64,000 nucleotides of DNA from a bacterium (lineage in GTDB: Bacteria; Hinthialibacterota; Hinthialibacteria; Hinthialibacterales; Hinthialibacteraceae). Numbering within the stretch: the stretch's first letter is position 1; each line of letters starts with the position of its first letter. Location: NCBI GenBank assembly GCA_963663405.2, contig CAXXSM010000041.1, positions 1 to 64,000 on the forward strand. Reading direction: 5' to 3'. The position numbers and the translations under genes were made by a program. Shown one piece after another: positions 31,682-42,614 of this stretch. A model generated the notes under the pieces. It did not search any database and was not told where the DNA came from. It saw nothing but the letters and a program-made list of their open reading frames with translations.

Positions 31682-34670
31682 TACGAACAGTAAGCTATTT
31701 TTCGATCGGGATTTTTTTCGCAATGACAGTGTTTTCATCCACTACTTTTGCCGTGGATTTCGGAGTTGGTCTGGAGGATGGATTCCAAAATCCCCCCCTT
31801 ATTGCGAAACCCCGCGCGTATTGGGTGTGGTTGAATGGTAACTTTGATCTGGATCAATTGACCCGAGACCTAGAGGAGATGAAAGACAAAGGCGTAGGCG
31901 GTTTGGAAGTGTTTGACATCGGCGCCAGAGATCCGAAGGGTGTCGTGCCCGATGGACCTGCGTTTATGGGACCTGAATCGGCCAACGCCGTCGCGCACGC
32001 TGTCCGGGAAGCGCAGCGTTTGGGTTTGGAAATAGGATTGATCACATCCAGCAGTTGGAACGCCGGGGGGCCCTGGATTACTCCCCAGCACAGCGCAAAA
32101 GGAATTTTTCAATCCAAAATTCGTGTCCAAGGCCCCCGCCGCGTTTCCGAGCGGCTTTCCCTTACCCAAAATTCCTCAGAAGGCTCCAAAAGGAGCCGAT
32201 GGATTGCCAGCGTATTTCAAAGAGATAGCTGTGCTGGCGATTCCTTCAAAAGAAGGGAACGTAATCAGCGATTTCAGTTCCATCATAGATCTGACGGGAC
32301 GTTGTGATGAAACAGGACGGCTGATCTGGGATGCGCCAAGAGGGGAATGGGACGTGCTGCGGTTGGTCTGCGCGTGCACGGGTGAAACACTAGTGCTCCC
32401 CAGTCCTAATTCTACTGGTCTCATCATCGATCACTGTCGATCCCGCCGCGACGGAGACGCATTTCGAATTTCATGATCGATGTCATGGAGAAAGAATTGG
32501 GAAATTTGGGCGATTCGGCTCTCACATACATGTATCTGCCTAGTTATGAAGTCGCCAGTTATGAAAAAGAGAAGGGGTTGGTTTGGACACCATTGCTGCG
32601 CGAGGAATTCCGAACGCGGCGCGGTTACGATCCAGCCGTTTATCTCCCCATTCTATTAGGATACACAGCGAAACAAACAGAAATCGTGGACCGCTTTCTA
32701 TTTGATTTTAACATGACATTGTCGGATTTAATCATTGATGAGCATTATAGGAAAGCGCGAGAACTCTGCAATCAACATGGGATCAAACTTTGTTCGGAAG
32801 CGGGTGGGCCGGGGCAGCCTCTTCACAATTGTCCGTTTGAAGCGCTGCGGGCTCTCGGCGCGTTGGATGTGCCGCGCGGGTGAATTCTGGTACGATCACC
32901 AAAACTTTGATGAAAACGGCGTGGACATTATGTGGTTAGTGAAAGAGATCGCCTGCGCTTCCCATATTTATGGTAAAACGATTGTGGATGGAGAGGCCGT
33001 TTACGAGCTGGTATCACTGGCAGAATGGCCCCTTTTGTCTTGAAACCGCTGGCCGATCAGGCGATGTGCGGCGGATATAAATCGTTTTACATTCCATACC
33101 GGCGCGCCACAATCCACCGGAAGCGGGCAAACCGGGATGTGGCGTATCACGCCGGCACCCACATGAACGTGAACCGCGCCTGGTGGCCGAAGGAGCAAAG
33201 GATTCATCAATTATCTCGGTCGTTCCTGTTTTCTTCTCCAGCAAGGCCGCTTCGTCGGCGATCTCTGTTATTACTACGGCGATGACGCGCCGAACTTCGT
33301 CAAACCCAAATTTGTCGATCCTTCGTTGGGCTATGGATACGATTACGATGTGGTGAATTCCGAAGTGATATTAACCCGTATGAGCGTTAAGGATGGATGG
33401 ATTGTATTACCAGATGGAATGCGTTATGCGCTGTTGGTTTTACCGGAGCGTGACGACATCAATCTGGATGTGTTGAAGAAACTGGCCTGCGTTAGTACGC
33501 GCTGGCGCCACAGTGGTTGGCCCCAAACCTAAACGCTCAAATGGCCTGAATAATTATTTGTGGCGCGATGAAGAAATTCGCCGTCTGGCCGATCAATTAT
33601 GGGGCGCTTGTGATGGTGTTCAAGTGAAGGAAAACGAATATGGAAAAGGGAAGATTGTGTGGGGGCGGCCGTTGTGCGAGTTGATGATGGAACGAGGAAT
33701 CGGCCCTGATTTTACATTCACAAGCGATACTAAAAACTGCGATCTTGATTTCATCCATCGTAAAACCAAGAACGAAGATATCTATTTTATTTATAATAAA
33801 ACGGCGGAATGGATTGAAGCGGACTGCGCGTTTCGCGTCTCGAATAAAATGCCTGAATTATGGGATCCCGATACTGGCTCCATTCGAAAAATGGCCGTTT
33901 TTGAAAATGAAAAAGCCATAACAAAACTGACATTACAACTGCCTCCATCAGGTTCCATTTTTGTTGTTTTCCGCGAAGAAACCTATCGGGATCATTTCAC
34001 TGCTTTCGAATCTGGTCCAAAGACTTATCAAGCGCAATTGGAAGAAAACAAGCAGATTGAACTACGCGTCTGTGAAGGAGGAGAATACATTTTCGCGGAT
34101 TCAAAGGGAAACGGTCAAGGCTGCACATTCACTGCGTTACCGGATCCGATTGAATTGGATGGGCCTTGGACAGTAACATTTCCCACCGGTTGGGGCGCGC
34201 CCCCGGAAGCGGTCTTTCCAGAGTTGGTCTCATGGACTGATCGTGAAGAGGAAGGGATCAAATATTTTTCGGGGATCGCGGCCTATCATAAAGAATTTTA
34301 TATTCCTGAGCAATGGATTGCGCCTGACCGCCAACTGGAATTGGATTTAGGCGCCGTCAAGGATATCGCGGATATAAACGTGAACGGTCAGCCTCTTGGG
34401 ATTCTTTGGAAACCACCGTTCCGGGTTGATATCACGAGCGCTGTCAAAGCGGGGAAAAACGAACTTTTAATCGAAATCGCTAATCAATGGTCTAACCGCC
34501 TTGTGGGCGATTCCCAATTGCCCGAAGAAAAACGATACACACATACGAACATCACATACTCTATCATGTATAAACGGACCTGGGAAAAAACACCTCTGCA
34601 GGAATCCGGTTTATTGGGTCCGGTCCGAATCCATCCAGCCAGAACGATATTACTCAACATTTCTGAATGA
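31678..34670 (+). CDS. GH106 alpha-L-rhamnosidase-like glycoside hydrolase with multiple frameshifts
   Basis: FQNPP..AKPRAYWVWLNGN, DLEEMKDKGVGG, KEIACASHIYGK, YDYDVVN, WDPDTG, LDLGAVKDIA, SGLLGPV spread over about 7 frame segments. Confidence 0.8.
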
Positions 34671-34733
34671 TCGAGTATACTTCATATTTTCCAATTCCTA
34701 TCTTAATAACGTAACATCAAAAGAGGTTTAGTA

Positions 34734-35297
34734 ATGGAATATCTTCCAATCATTATTCCCAGCGCGATCCTGTTGTTTTTTCTCATCTGGTTTATCGGTA
34801 ATTACAACGCGCTCGTGCGGTTGAGAAACACGATGAATGAATCCTGGTCTGATATCGACACCGAACTCAAACGCCGATACGATCTCATTCCAAATCTGGT
34901 GAATACGGTTAAAGGATACGCCGCCCATGAGAAAGATCTATTCGAACGCATCGTCCAGGCGCGAACCGCCGCGATCCGCAGCGGTGGTTCACCCAAAAGC
35001 CAGGCTTTGGATGAAAATGTTCTTGTGAGTGAACTGCGGCAGCTCTTCGTGGTTGTGGAAAACTATCCCGAACTGAAATCAAACGAGAACTTCTTGAAAT
35101 TACAACGCGAACTTGCCAATACCGAAAACCGCATCCAGCGCGCCCGCCGGTTTTTTAACGCCAACGTGCGGGATCTTAACAACCGTTGTGAGGTTTTTCC
35201 ATCCAACCTGATCGCCAACTGTTTCGGATTCGAAAAAGCCGATTTCTTCGAGGTAGAAAACGCATCGATCCGCGAAGCTCCCTCAACTGAATTCTAA
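34734..35297 (+). CDS. lemA: LemA family protein
   Basis: YNALVRLRN..WSDIDTELKRRYDLIPNLV..VKGYAAHE..ENYPELKSNENFLKLQ. Confidence 0.95.
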   Translation: MEYLPIIIPSAILLFFLIWFIGNYNALVRLRNTMNESWSDIDTELKRRYDLIPNLVNTVKGYAAHEKDLFERIVQARTAAIRSGGSPKSQALDENVLVSELRQLFVVVENYPELKSNENFLKLQRELANTENRIQRARRFFNANVRDLNNRCEVFPSNLIANCFGFEKADFFEVENASIREAPSTEF

Positions 35298-35573
35298 ACG
35301 ATTGTAACTTTCCCAATCCCAGAAATAGACATACGAAACCATTCCATTACATCGTAGAGTCTAAAAATCCATCTACAGAATTCAATTACATCCCCCTTAT
35401 TCAATAGGAATAAGGAAGGTATTAGGTCAGTCACGTGATGTGATATAGTAACAATCATCAACAAAATAAGGTATCAAGAAGCATATTCTCTCTCCAGGCT
35501 TTGGGGGGAGAATACATGCTTTGCATTATGACTATCTTAATTATCACTTCATGCGCCTGACCTTATACAATGC

Positions 35574-35619
35574 TACAAGGTTGGAAAGAAATCCTGCTTG
35601 GATTCTCTCCAACCTTGTA
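35574..35619. terminator. Strong hairpin between convergent lemA and glnK, probable terminator
   Basis: tacaaggttgga...tccaaccttgta perfect 12-bp stem plus inner agaaatcc/ggattct pairing. Confidence 0.6.
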
Positions 35620-35671
35620 TTGTTGAGAAGAAGAAATATAAGCGAATAATCATCCGCTTGTGTTGATCGAA

Positions 35672-36010
35672 TTAAAGCGCTTCTTGCGATCGTTCACCGG
35701 TACGAATTCGAACGACTTCGGCAATCGGATAGATGAAGATTTTTCCATCACCCACCTGACCGGTATTGACCGAACTTCGTACGAGGTCAATCACTTTTTC
35801 CGTCGTTTCTTCTTTAATGACGATCTCGACTTTAATCTTCGGTTGAAAGGCGACATTGTATTCACGGCCTCTATAGAGTTCATGGTGACCTTTCTGCCGT
35901 CCAAAACCACGCACTTCACTGACGGTCATACCGGTAACTCCCAATTCTTCGAGCGCGGTTCGAAGTTCATCTAATTTATGAGGCCGGATTATTGCTTCAA
36001 TTTTATTCAT
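35672..36010 (-). CDS. glnK: P-II nitrogen regulatory protein
   Basis: 112 aa; IEAIIRP, GFGRQKG, YRG, TGQVGDGKIF, RIRTGE; directly downstream of amt. Confidence 0.95.
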   Translation of the reverse strand: MNKIEAIIRPHKLDELRTALEELGVTGMTVSEVRGFGRQKGHHELYRGREYNVAFQPKIKVEIVIKEETTEKVIDLVRSSVNTGQVGDGKIFIYPIAEVVRIRTGERSQEAL

Positions 36011-36068
36011 TTTTTATTTGCTCCTTCTTTGGATTTTACGTAACTGCCTTTGGTTTCAAGACGCTGGA

Positions 36069-37481
36069 TTACCGGGCCATGATCGTGAAGTCTGAATAGG
36101 CGGAAGCTCCGTGTTCACCAATATCCAAACCTTCCATCTCTTCTTGTTCGCTGACTCTCAATCCCATAGTCATATCAATGATCTTGAACATGAGAAAAGC
36201 AATTCCGAATGTCCAAACGAAGCAAGCCAGAATCCCAATGATCTGGACGATGACTTGAGAAATCCCACCCCCGAAGAAGAGTCCATTGACACCGCCAAAC
36301 GATTCTTGCGCAAACAAACCAGCCGACAGCGTTCCCCACGCGCCGCAGACACCATGAACAGAGATTGCGCCGACAGGATCGTCGACTCCGAAATTCTCAA
36401 ACATCAAAACCGCGAACACAACCAAGGTACCGGCAATGAGACCAATAATGATCGCAAAGAGTGGACTGACATTGGCGCAGGGCGCTGTGATGGCGACAAG
36501 TCCAGCCAAGGCGCCGTTTAACGCCATACCCGCGTCAGGCTTTCCAAATTTAAACCAGGCGGTAATCAAGGCGGCTACCGAGCCGGCGGCGGCGGCTAAG
36601 TTTGTCGTAACGGCGATGACGGCCAAATCTCCACCCAATGTAGTCGTGCTGCCAGGATTGAATCCAAACCAGCCTAACCAGAGGATAAACACACCCAATG
36701 CGGCCATCGGAATATTGTGACCGGGGATAACTTGCGGTCTTTTATCGGAACTGTATTTTCCAATTCGGGGACCGAGTACAATTGCGCCCGCTAAGCCAGC
36801 CCACGCGCCGACGGAGTGAACGACAGTAGAACCGGCGAAGTCAATGAAACAGAGTCCATCCCCATTTGAATCAGTAAAACCAAGCCAGCTCAAATCTTCC
36901 AACCAGCCGCCGCCGGAGAACAATCCATTCCAGGCCCATGAACCGAAGACGGGATAAATAATCGCTGTGACCACGATGGAATAAATGAAATAGGCGCTGA
37001 ATTTCATCCGCTCCGCCACGGCGCCGGACACGATCGTGGCTGCGGTCGCCGCAAAGACAGCTTGGAATATCCAAAAGGCGTAGGTCCAATAATTTGTACT
37101 ACCATCCGCATTTACATCATATCCGGACAATCCAAATCCATCCGTTCCAAAGAAACCGAATGGATTGTATCCAAACATGATCCCAAACCCTATCAACCAG
37201 AATACCAACGAACCGATGCTGAAGTCCATCAAGTTCTTCATGATAATGTTGACGGCATTTTTCGCGCGGGTAAATCCACACTCAACCATGGCAAAACCGG
37301 CTTGCATCCAAAAGACGAGAAACGCGGCAATGCAGGTCCAGAGTAAGTTTCCATCATCTTGTAAGACATACGAGGGGGCTTCTTCCTCTTGCGCGAAAGA
37401 AGGTTGCGCCATGCCAACCAACAGGATCACTGTAATGAGGACGAGTGGTATGCAGGATAAAAATCGACTTCGATAAAACAT
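36069..37481 (-). CDS. amtB: Ammonium transporter
   Basis: MQAGFAMVE, DFAGSTVVH, WFGFNPGS, DDPVGAISVH; start at ATG 37481 after RBS AAAGGAG. Confidence 0.96.
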   Translation of the reverse strand: MFYRSRFLSCIPLVLITVILLVGMAQPSFAQEEEAPSYVLQDDGNLLWTCIAAFLVFWMQAGFAMVECGFTRAKNAVNIIMKNLMDFSIGSLVFWLIGFGIMFGYNPFGFFGTDGFGLSGYDVNADGSTNYWTYAFWIFQAVFAATAATIVSGAVAERMKFSAYFIYSIVVTAIIYPVFGSWAWNGLFSGGGWLEDLSWLGFTDSNGDGLCFIDFAGSTVVHSVGAWAGLAGAIVLGPRIGKYSSDKRPQVIPGHNIPMAALGVFILWLGWFGFNPGSTTTLGGDLAVIAVTTNLAAAAGSVAALITAWFKFGKPDAGMALNGALAGLVAITAPCANVSPLFAIIIGLIAGTLVVFAVLMFENFGVDDPVGAISVHGVCGAWGTLSAGLFAQESFGGVNGLFFGGGISQVIVQIIGILACFVWTFGIAFLMFKIIDMTMGLRVSEQEEMEGLDIGEHGASAYSDFTIMAR

Positions 37482-37780
37482 AGATACTTCTCCTTTCAAA
37501 ATGAGTTAACAAACTGCAATTGAATTTCATAATAGAAATACTTCATTTGCTCTACACTTACAAAATAAGTAATGTAAGAAGAATTGCATTCTCATTAATT
37601 CGTTGTGATCTTATATCCTAATGATTTGTTTGATTTGGATATGTGAATGTGAATTTACTTACATAAATCCTATGCGAAATCCATATAGGGATAACAGCAT
37701 GCATACTGTAATATCAGTATGACTTACAAACCTTTATCCTCTTGTAATGATCAGTTTGAGAATGATATGATCGTTACAAA

Positions 37781-37797
37781 AGCAAAGCATATGCCAA
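37781..37797 (-). promoter_or_regulatory. sigma54 (-24/-12) promoter of the amt-glnK operon
   Basis: Minus strand TTGGCATATGCTTTGCT matches GG-N10-GC; context fits a nitrogen-regulated operon. Confidence 0.7.
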
Positions 37798-38210
37798 AAA
37801 ATAAAGGTATTGATTGATGGTTGCTAACTCATGATTTTACAAATACTTGTAAGAGGAAAATGATGAGGGATTGAATGTAATACAATAATGCAGACCGTTC
37901 ATGGCTCGATCAATATCAAACAAACTGTTCAAATAAGAACATTCTTCTATCGCCGCTGTTTTCCAGGAACAATAATTAAATATTTCGGGGAATAAGTGGT
38001 TTCATTGTCAAAAGATTACCTTCTATAACTTGAATCTCATGCAGACTTTACACAATAAAAGGTTCTTCCATCACTCATAAAGTGGAGAGAGACATTTATC
38101 AAAAAAAGGTCTTTGTCTCGATAAACTGAATTTTAATGAAATTTTTCTTGACAATTCAAGAGCCTTTAGTATATATTTGCGATATATCCTCTGATTGCGG
38201 CGTTGTTTTT

Positions 38211-41200
38211 ATGATTGATACAAACGATTTGTATGCAAGATATAGGAAAGCCAACAATTTTCTTTTGCGGGAGAATGATGGTTTTCTTATCAATATGCCG
38301 TCTCTGTTTCGAATATCGCTCGTCGAAAAATGCAACTCCCACTGTTCGTTGTGTTATCGAGAATCTCTTTCGAAAGAGCGATTTTCAGAACTGGATCAGG
38401 AAGCGTTTTCTGTGGCTGTTTACAAAAAATTGGCCCAGGACGCTTTTCCTTATGCGGACAAAGTTGTAATTGGTTTAGCCGGTGAGCCCACTCTCCATCC
38501 CCAGTTTGGCGAATTTCTAGAGATTACCCATTCCTATGGCGTATATCTTGAGGTTTATACCAATGGTTTGTTGCTGAACCGGCCCTCGATAGTGGAGCCG
38601 ATTGTTAACTTTGCGGATTGTTTAACGCTTTCAATGGATGGCGCGACGCAGGATACACTCAACATCACACGCGGCGGCGCTTCGCTTCACAAAATCATTC
38701 AAAATGTTGAACGATTGCAAGATCTAAAGGCGGCTCTGGACCGCTCCAATCCGCTTCAACTTTCATTTCATATCACCATGAGGCGTTCCAATGTTCATGA
38801 GTTAAAACAAATCGTTGCATTAGCGCATGATATGGGAGTGACCAAAATCAGCGCGGCGCATGCCGCGATCCACGATCCGAAAGATCGGGATGAGTCACTA
38901 TTCTCCATGAAAGAGCGATCGGATCAATGCTGCGCCGATGCGATAGAACAAGCAATACAGTTTGGGATTACTCCCGATTTTCCACCTCTGTTTCGAGACA
39001 GCAATTACGCGGAACCGAATCCTCACTTTGACTATTGCTATCAATTGGCCCATGAAGCCTTGATTTTTGGGAACGGGGATGTCGCCGCCTGCTGTCATAC
39101 CGCCGCCCGGTTTAATATGGTGATGGGGAATTTGAAAACAGAGAATTTTCCATCCATCTGGTATGGCCGGCAATATGAATATCTGTGGCAGTCTATCCAG
39201 AATAAAAATTATAATCCCGCTTGCAAGGATTGCGCCAACAACTCAACGTTTATATCCGTGAATGATGATTGGACCGTGGAAGAATATGCGCGGTCTAATA
39301 CTATGAATCTGCGGAAACGATCCATTCTCTCACTCTTTCAATACAATGCGGATTTATTCGAAAAACAGAAACGGATTTATGACCGGATCGTGCCTCTTGA
39401 GAATCGAATTGACCAAGAACTCGCCTCGTTACGGAGATATGAATTATTATTTCCACAGCAATATCATCTAACGAATCATATTCAGAGTCAGATTACTTCA
39501 AGAATCCATCAATTCGTTGTCATCGCCAAACACAGGAAAGAAGGTGAGAGCCTGCGCTCGATGAACCGGGCGCTCTACGAGCGAGGAAGCGAATTCCAAG
39601 GCAATTATCCACTGCATCTTGAAGTCTCGATCATGGCTGGATGCGATATCCGCTGCTTCATGTGCAGTATTGCGCAACTCTCAGAAGAAGAAAACAAAGA
39701 ACTGATGAAACGGCGCATGAGCTGGGAAACCTTTCAGATTCTTGAACGGGATCTGTTCCCCTATGCGGAAAGTATATTTTTCGGGATCGGTGGAGAAGCG
39801 ATGCTGCATCCCGATTTCTGCAAATTTGTCCATTGCGCTTCAACTGCGGGATTAAAAGTCAATCTAACAACAAATGGGATGTCTCTGGTTTCTCCAAAAA
39901 TCGCCCACGTTTGTGTGGATCATGTCAATGATCTGACCTTATCCATCGATGGAGCCACTCCGGAAACGTTTGAACGTATCCGCGTTGGCGCCCGATGGGA
40001 TAAATTACTCAAAGGAATTGAGCGGCTGAACGCGTTAAAAGAGGCTTCCAATCACTCCTCGTTGAAACTGTCGATCAATATCGCCTTGATGCGGCAAAAC
40101 ATTGAGGAACTCCCTGATTTGGTCGAACTGGCGCATCAATGGGGAGTCAAGAGAATCATGGCCGAACATTTCCTTTCGATGGCGCCTGAATTAGAATCAC
40201 AATCCCTCTTCTCCACACCCGAAAAATCGGATCGATATATCCTCGAAGCCATCGCTGTCGCGGAGCCGTATGGAATCCATATGGAAGTTCCAGATTTATT
40301 TTGCAAAGAAAACACACCGGAAATGAAGCATGGAAATATACGCAACGTGCGGCCCATTGAGCGAGAACCCGAGCAACCGCATTGTACATTATTAAATTAT
40401 TCAACGGTCATTTATCCCAGCGGTATGGTCACGTCATGCGGGCATCCCGATGCGATGTATCTATTTCCTGTCGGGAATGTCAATGAACAACCGTTTCATG
40501 AAATTTGGTTTGGAGAACGGTATCAAGCGTTACGTGTTTCCGCTTCAAAAAATAAGATTCCTGAAACCTGCTTAAACTGTTCCATGTCCGGCCGGTCGGA
40601 TGGCGGTTTGCCTACACACAAGCGGGATGATCCACGGATAGAAGAACAGCTTAAGGCTCGATCCTATTCAAAACGGTTTATGCTTCGTCATATCGAGTTT
40701 CAAAGCGAATTGATTTATCGAAATTCACTTCTCACTCATCATCGCAAAACATTAGAAGATATTTATCAGCAAATACAAATCCACCGTCAAAATCTGATTT
40801 CTTTGCGCGTAAAAGAACCGGAAAGCAGGAGGGAAAAACAAATGGAACGTTTGGTTCAAAAGATCCTTAATGTCTTTAACCGGATAAAAAAAAGAATAAA
40901 AAATATAATGCTCGATCAAAACAAATCAACCGCATTCGCCTCCCAAATCGAATGGGTGACACCACCACCTGACTCTGTGATGAAAGATTCCTCTTTCTCA
41001 TTTGATGTCCGCGTAAAAAATGTTGGTCAGGAAGTATGGAAAGATGGCGCAAGCGAAACGGATCGTTCCGTCATGATTGGTGGCGGTTTTTATCATGAAA
41101 ATATATTAATTGCTCATTTTGGTGGATGGGGACAATTGCCTCATCCCCTAAAACCTGCTCAAACGGCCACTGTCTCGATCCAAAGCAACACCTTTTCATT

Positions 41201-42581
41201 ACCCTTGGGAGAAATGATTCTGCGTGTCGAATGCGTTCAACTGGGCAGTGGTTTTTTCAGCGAGTGGGGTTCGCCTGCATTAGAACATAAAATGTCAATC
41301 ATTATCACGAGTGACAGCGAAAATCTATGGCAGCGTGGATTGCGATCCTGCACAAATATGTGGACACCGACGGAAGGTTTCTTTCAGCATGAAAATTATA
41401 CATATCCGTTGTTTATTACAAAAAGCGATAAAGCTAGAGTCTATGATTTACAGAACAAGGAGTACTTGGATTATATAATCGGTTGGGGGACAGCGACGTT
41501 GGGTTATAACCATCCCGAAATTCAGAACGCGATCCGCCGCTGGCTTTCTGTCGGTCCTACTTTGCCATTGACGCATCCCTTACAAGTCGAAGTGGCCGAG
41601 AAATTATCTTCCATCTTGCCCTGCGGAGAGCGTGTGCTGTTTGGTAAAAATGGTTCGGATGTCTTGGAGGCGGCGATCCGCACCGCTCGCTCCTATCGTG
41701 CGAAAGACCGCGTACTATGTTGTGGGTATCATGGTTTTCACGATTGGTTCATTGGAACTGTCGCCGGTGTGAAGGGCGTTCCCCGCGCGGTGCGGGAACT
41801 TGTCGAGATGTTCCCCTATGGAGATTTGGAGTATTTGAAAAATCGTCTTGACCGGGCGGATGATGTGGCCGCCATTGTGATTGAACCTGTGTTTCAGAAT
41901 TGTGAACCCACGGAGTATTTACAAACGATACGCATGTGGACCGAGGAACGGGATATTCCATTGATCTTCGATGAAATCATGTCGGCGTTCCGTATCGCCA
42001 ATGGGGGCGCGCAGGAAAAATACGGCGTGATTCCTGACATGGTAGCGGTAGGAAAAGGGATCGCCAACGGAATGCCGCTGGCCGCATTGGCGGGCAAACG
42101 GAAGATTATGGATTACTGCTTTGATGTTGGCTATGGGCCGACATTTCAAGGAGAAGTCTATTCTCTCGCCGCCGCTTCTACAGCCATTGACATTTACCAG
42201 CGTGAACCGGTTTGTCAGTACATCACTAGTATTGCCATCCAATTACAAAATGGTTTTTTAGAAAAAGCGAGACAACATGAGATTGAGGTGGAGTTGCATG
42301 GAGTACCTACACGTCAGATGGTTCATTTTCATGAAATTAATGGCTACTCGTCCGCGATGATTCGTACCTTCTTTGTGCAGGAATTGCTGCATAGAAATAT
42401 TCTTTGCGCGGGTCATTTCCTCACATGCTATGCGCATACGGATGATGATATCTCCTATACGATCAATACGTTTGATGAAGTCTTGGCAAAATTGAAGAAA
42501 ATACTGATGTCCAAAACGCTTGAACAAAACATACATATTCCCGTTCACCAATTGTTTTTGGGAGAAAAATTGGATGCGTGA
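38211..42581 (+). CDS. Fusion of two radical SAM-SPASM/twitch modules, an Ig-like domain and a class III PLP aminotransferase
   Basis: CNSHCSLC and CDIRCFMC (CX3CX2C), GEPTLHP/GEAMLHP; auxiliary Cys CYQL..ACCH..CKDC and CTLL..SCGH..CLNC; VRVKNVGQEVW Ig-like; FDEIMSAFR..GKGIANGMP. Confidence 0.9.
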   Translation: MIDTNDLYARYRKANNFLLRENDGFLINMPSLFRISLVEKCNSHCSLCYRESLSKERFSELDQEAFSVAVYKKLAQDAFPYADKVVIGLAGEPTLHPQFGEFLEITHSYGVYLEVYTNGLLLNRPSIVEPIVNFADCLTLSMDGATQDTLNITRGGASLHKIIQNVERLQDLKAALDRSNPLQLSFHITMRRSNVHELKQIVALAHDMGVTKISAAHAAIHDPKDRDESLFSMKERSDQCCADAIEQAIQFGITPDFPPLFRDSNYAEPNPHFDYCYQLAHEALIFGNGDVAACCHTAARFNMVMGNLKTENFPSIWYGRQYEYLWQSIQNKNYNPACKDCANNSTFISVNDDWTVEEYARSNTMNLRKRSILSLFQYNADLFEKQKRIYDRIVPLENRIDQELASLRRYELLFPQQYHLTNHIQSQITSRIHQFVVIAKHRKEGESLRSMNRALYERGSEFQGNYPLHLEVSIMAGCDIRCFMCSIAQLSEEENKELMKRRMSWETFQILERDLFPYAESIFFGIGGEAMLHPDFCKFVHCASTAGLKVNLTTNGMSLVSPKIAHVCVDHVNDLTLSIDGATPETFERIRVGARWDKLLKGIERLNALKEASNHSSLKLSINIALMRQNIEELPDLVELAHQWGVKRIMAEHFLSMAPELESQSLFSTPEKSDRYILEAIAVAEPYGIHMEVPDLFCKENTPEMKHGNIRNVRPIEREPEQPHCTLLNYSTVIYPSGMVTSCGHPDAMYLFPVGNVNEQPFHEIWFGERYQALRVSASKNKIPETCLNCSMSGRSDGGLPTHKRDDPRIEEQLKARSYSKRFMLRHIEFQSELIYRNSLLTHHRKTLEDIYQQIQIHRQNLISLRVKEPESRREKQMERLVQKILNVFNRIKKRIKNIMLDQNKSTAFASQIEWVTPPPDSVMKDSSFSFDVRVKNVGQEVWKDGASETDRSVMIGGGFYHENILIAHFGGWGQLPHPLKPAQTATVSIQSNTFSLPLGEMILRVECVQLGSGFFSEWGSPALEHKMSIIITSDSENLWQRGLRSCTNMWTPTEGFFQHENYTYPLFITKSDKARVYDLQNKEYLDYIIGWGTATLGYNHPEIQNAIRRWLSVGPTLPLTHPLQVEVAEKLSSILPCGERVLFGKNGSDVLEAAIRTARSYRAKDRVLCCGYHGFHDWFIGTVAGVKGVPRAVRELVEMFPYGDLEYLKNRLDRADDVAAIVIEPVFQNCEPTEYLQTIRMWTEERDIPLIFDEIMSAFRIANGGAQEKYGVIPDMVAVGKGIANGMPLAALAGKRKIMDYCFDVGYGPTFQGEVYSLAAASTAIDIYQREPVCQYITSIAIQLQNGFLEKARQHEIEVELHGVPTRQMVHFHEINGYSSAMIRTFFVQELLHRNILCAGHFLTCYAHTDDDISYTINTFDEVLAKLKKILMSKTLEQNIHIPVHQLFLGEKLDA

Positions 42582-42614
42582 AATGCGATCCATGCAGATA
42601 GGCGGTATTTCAGA

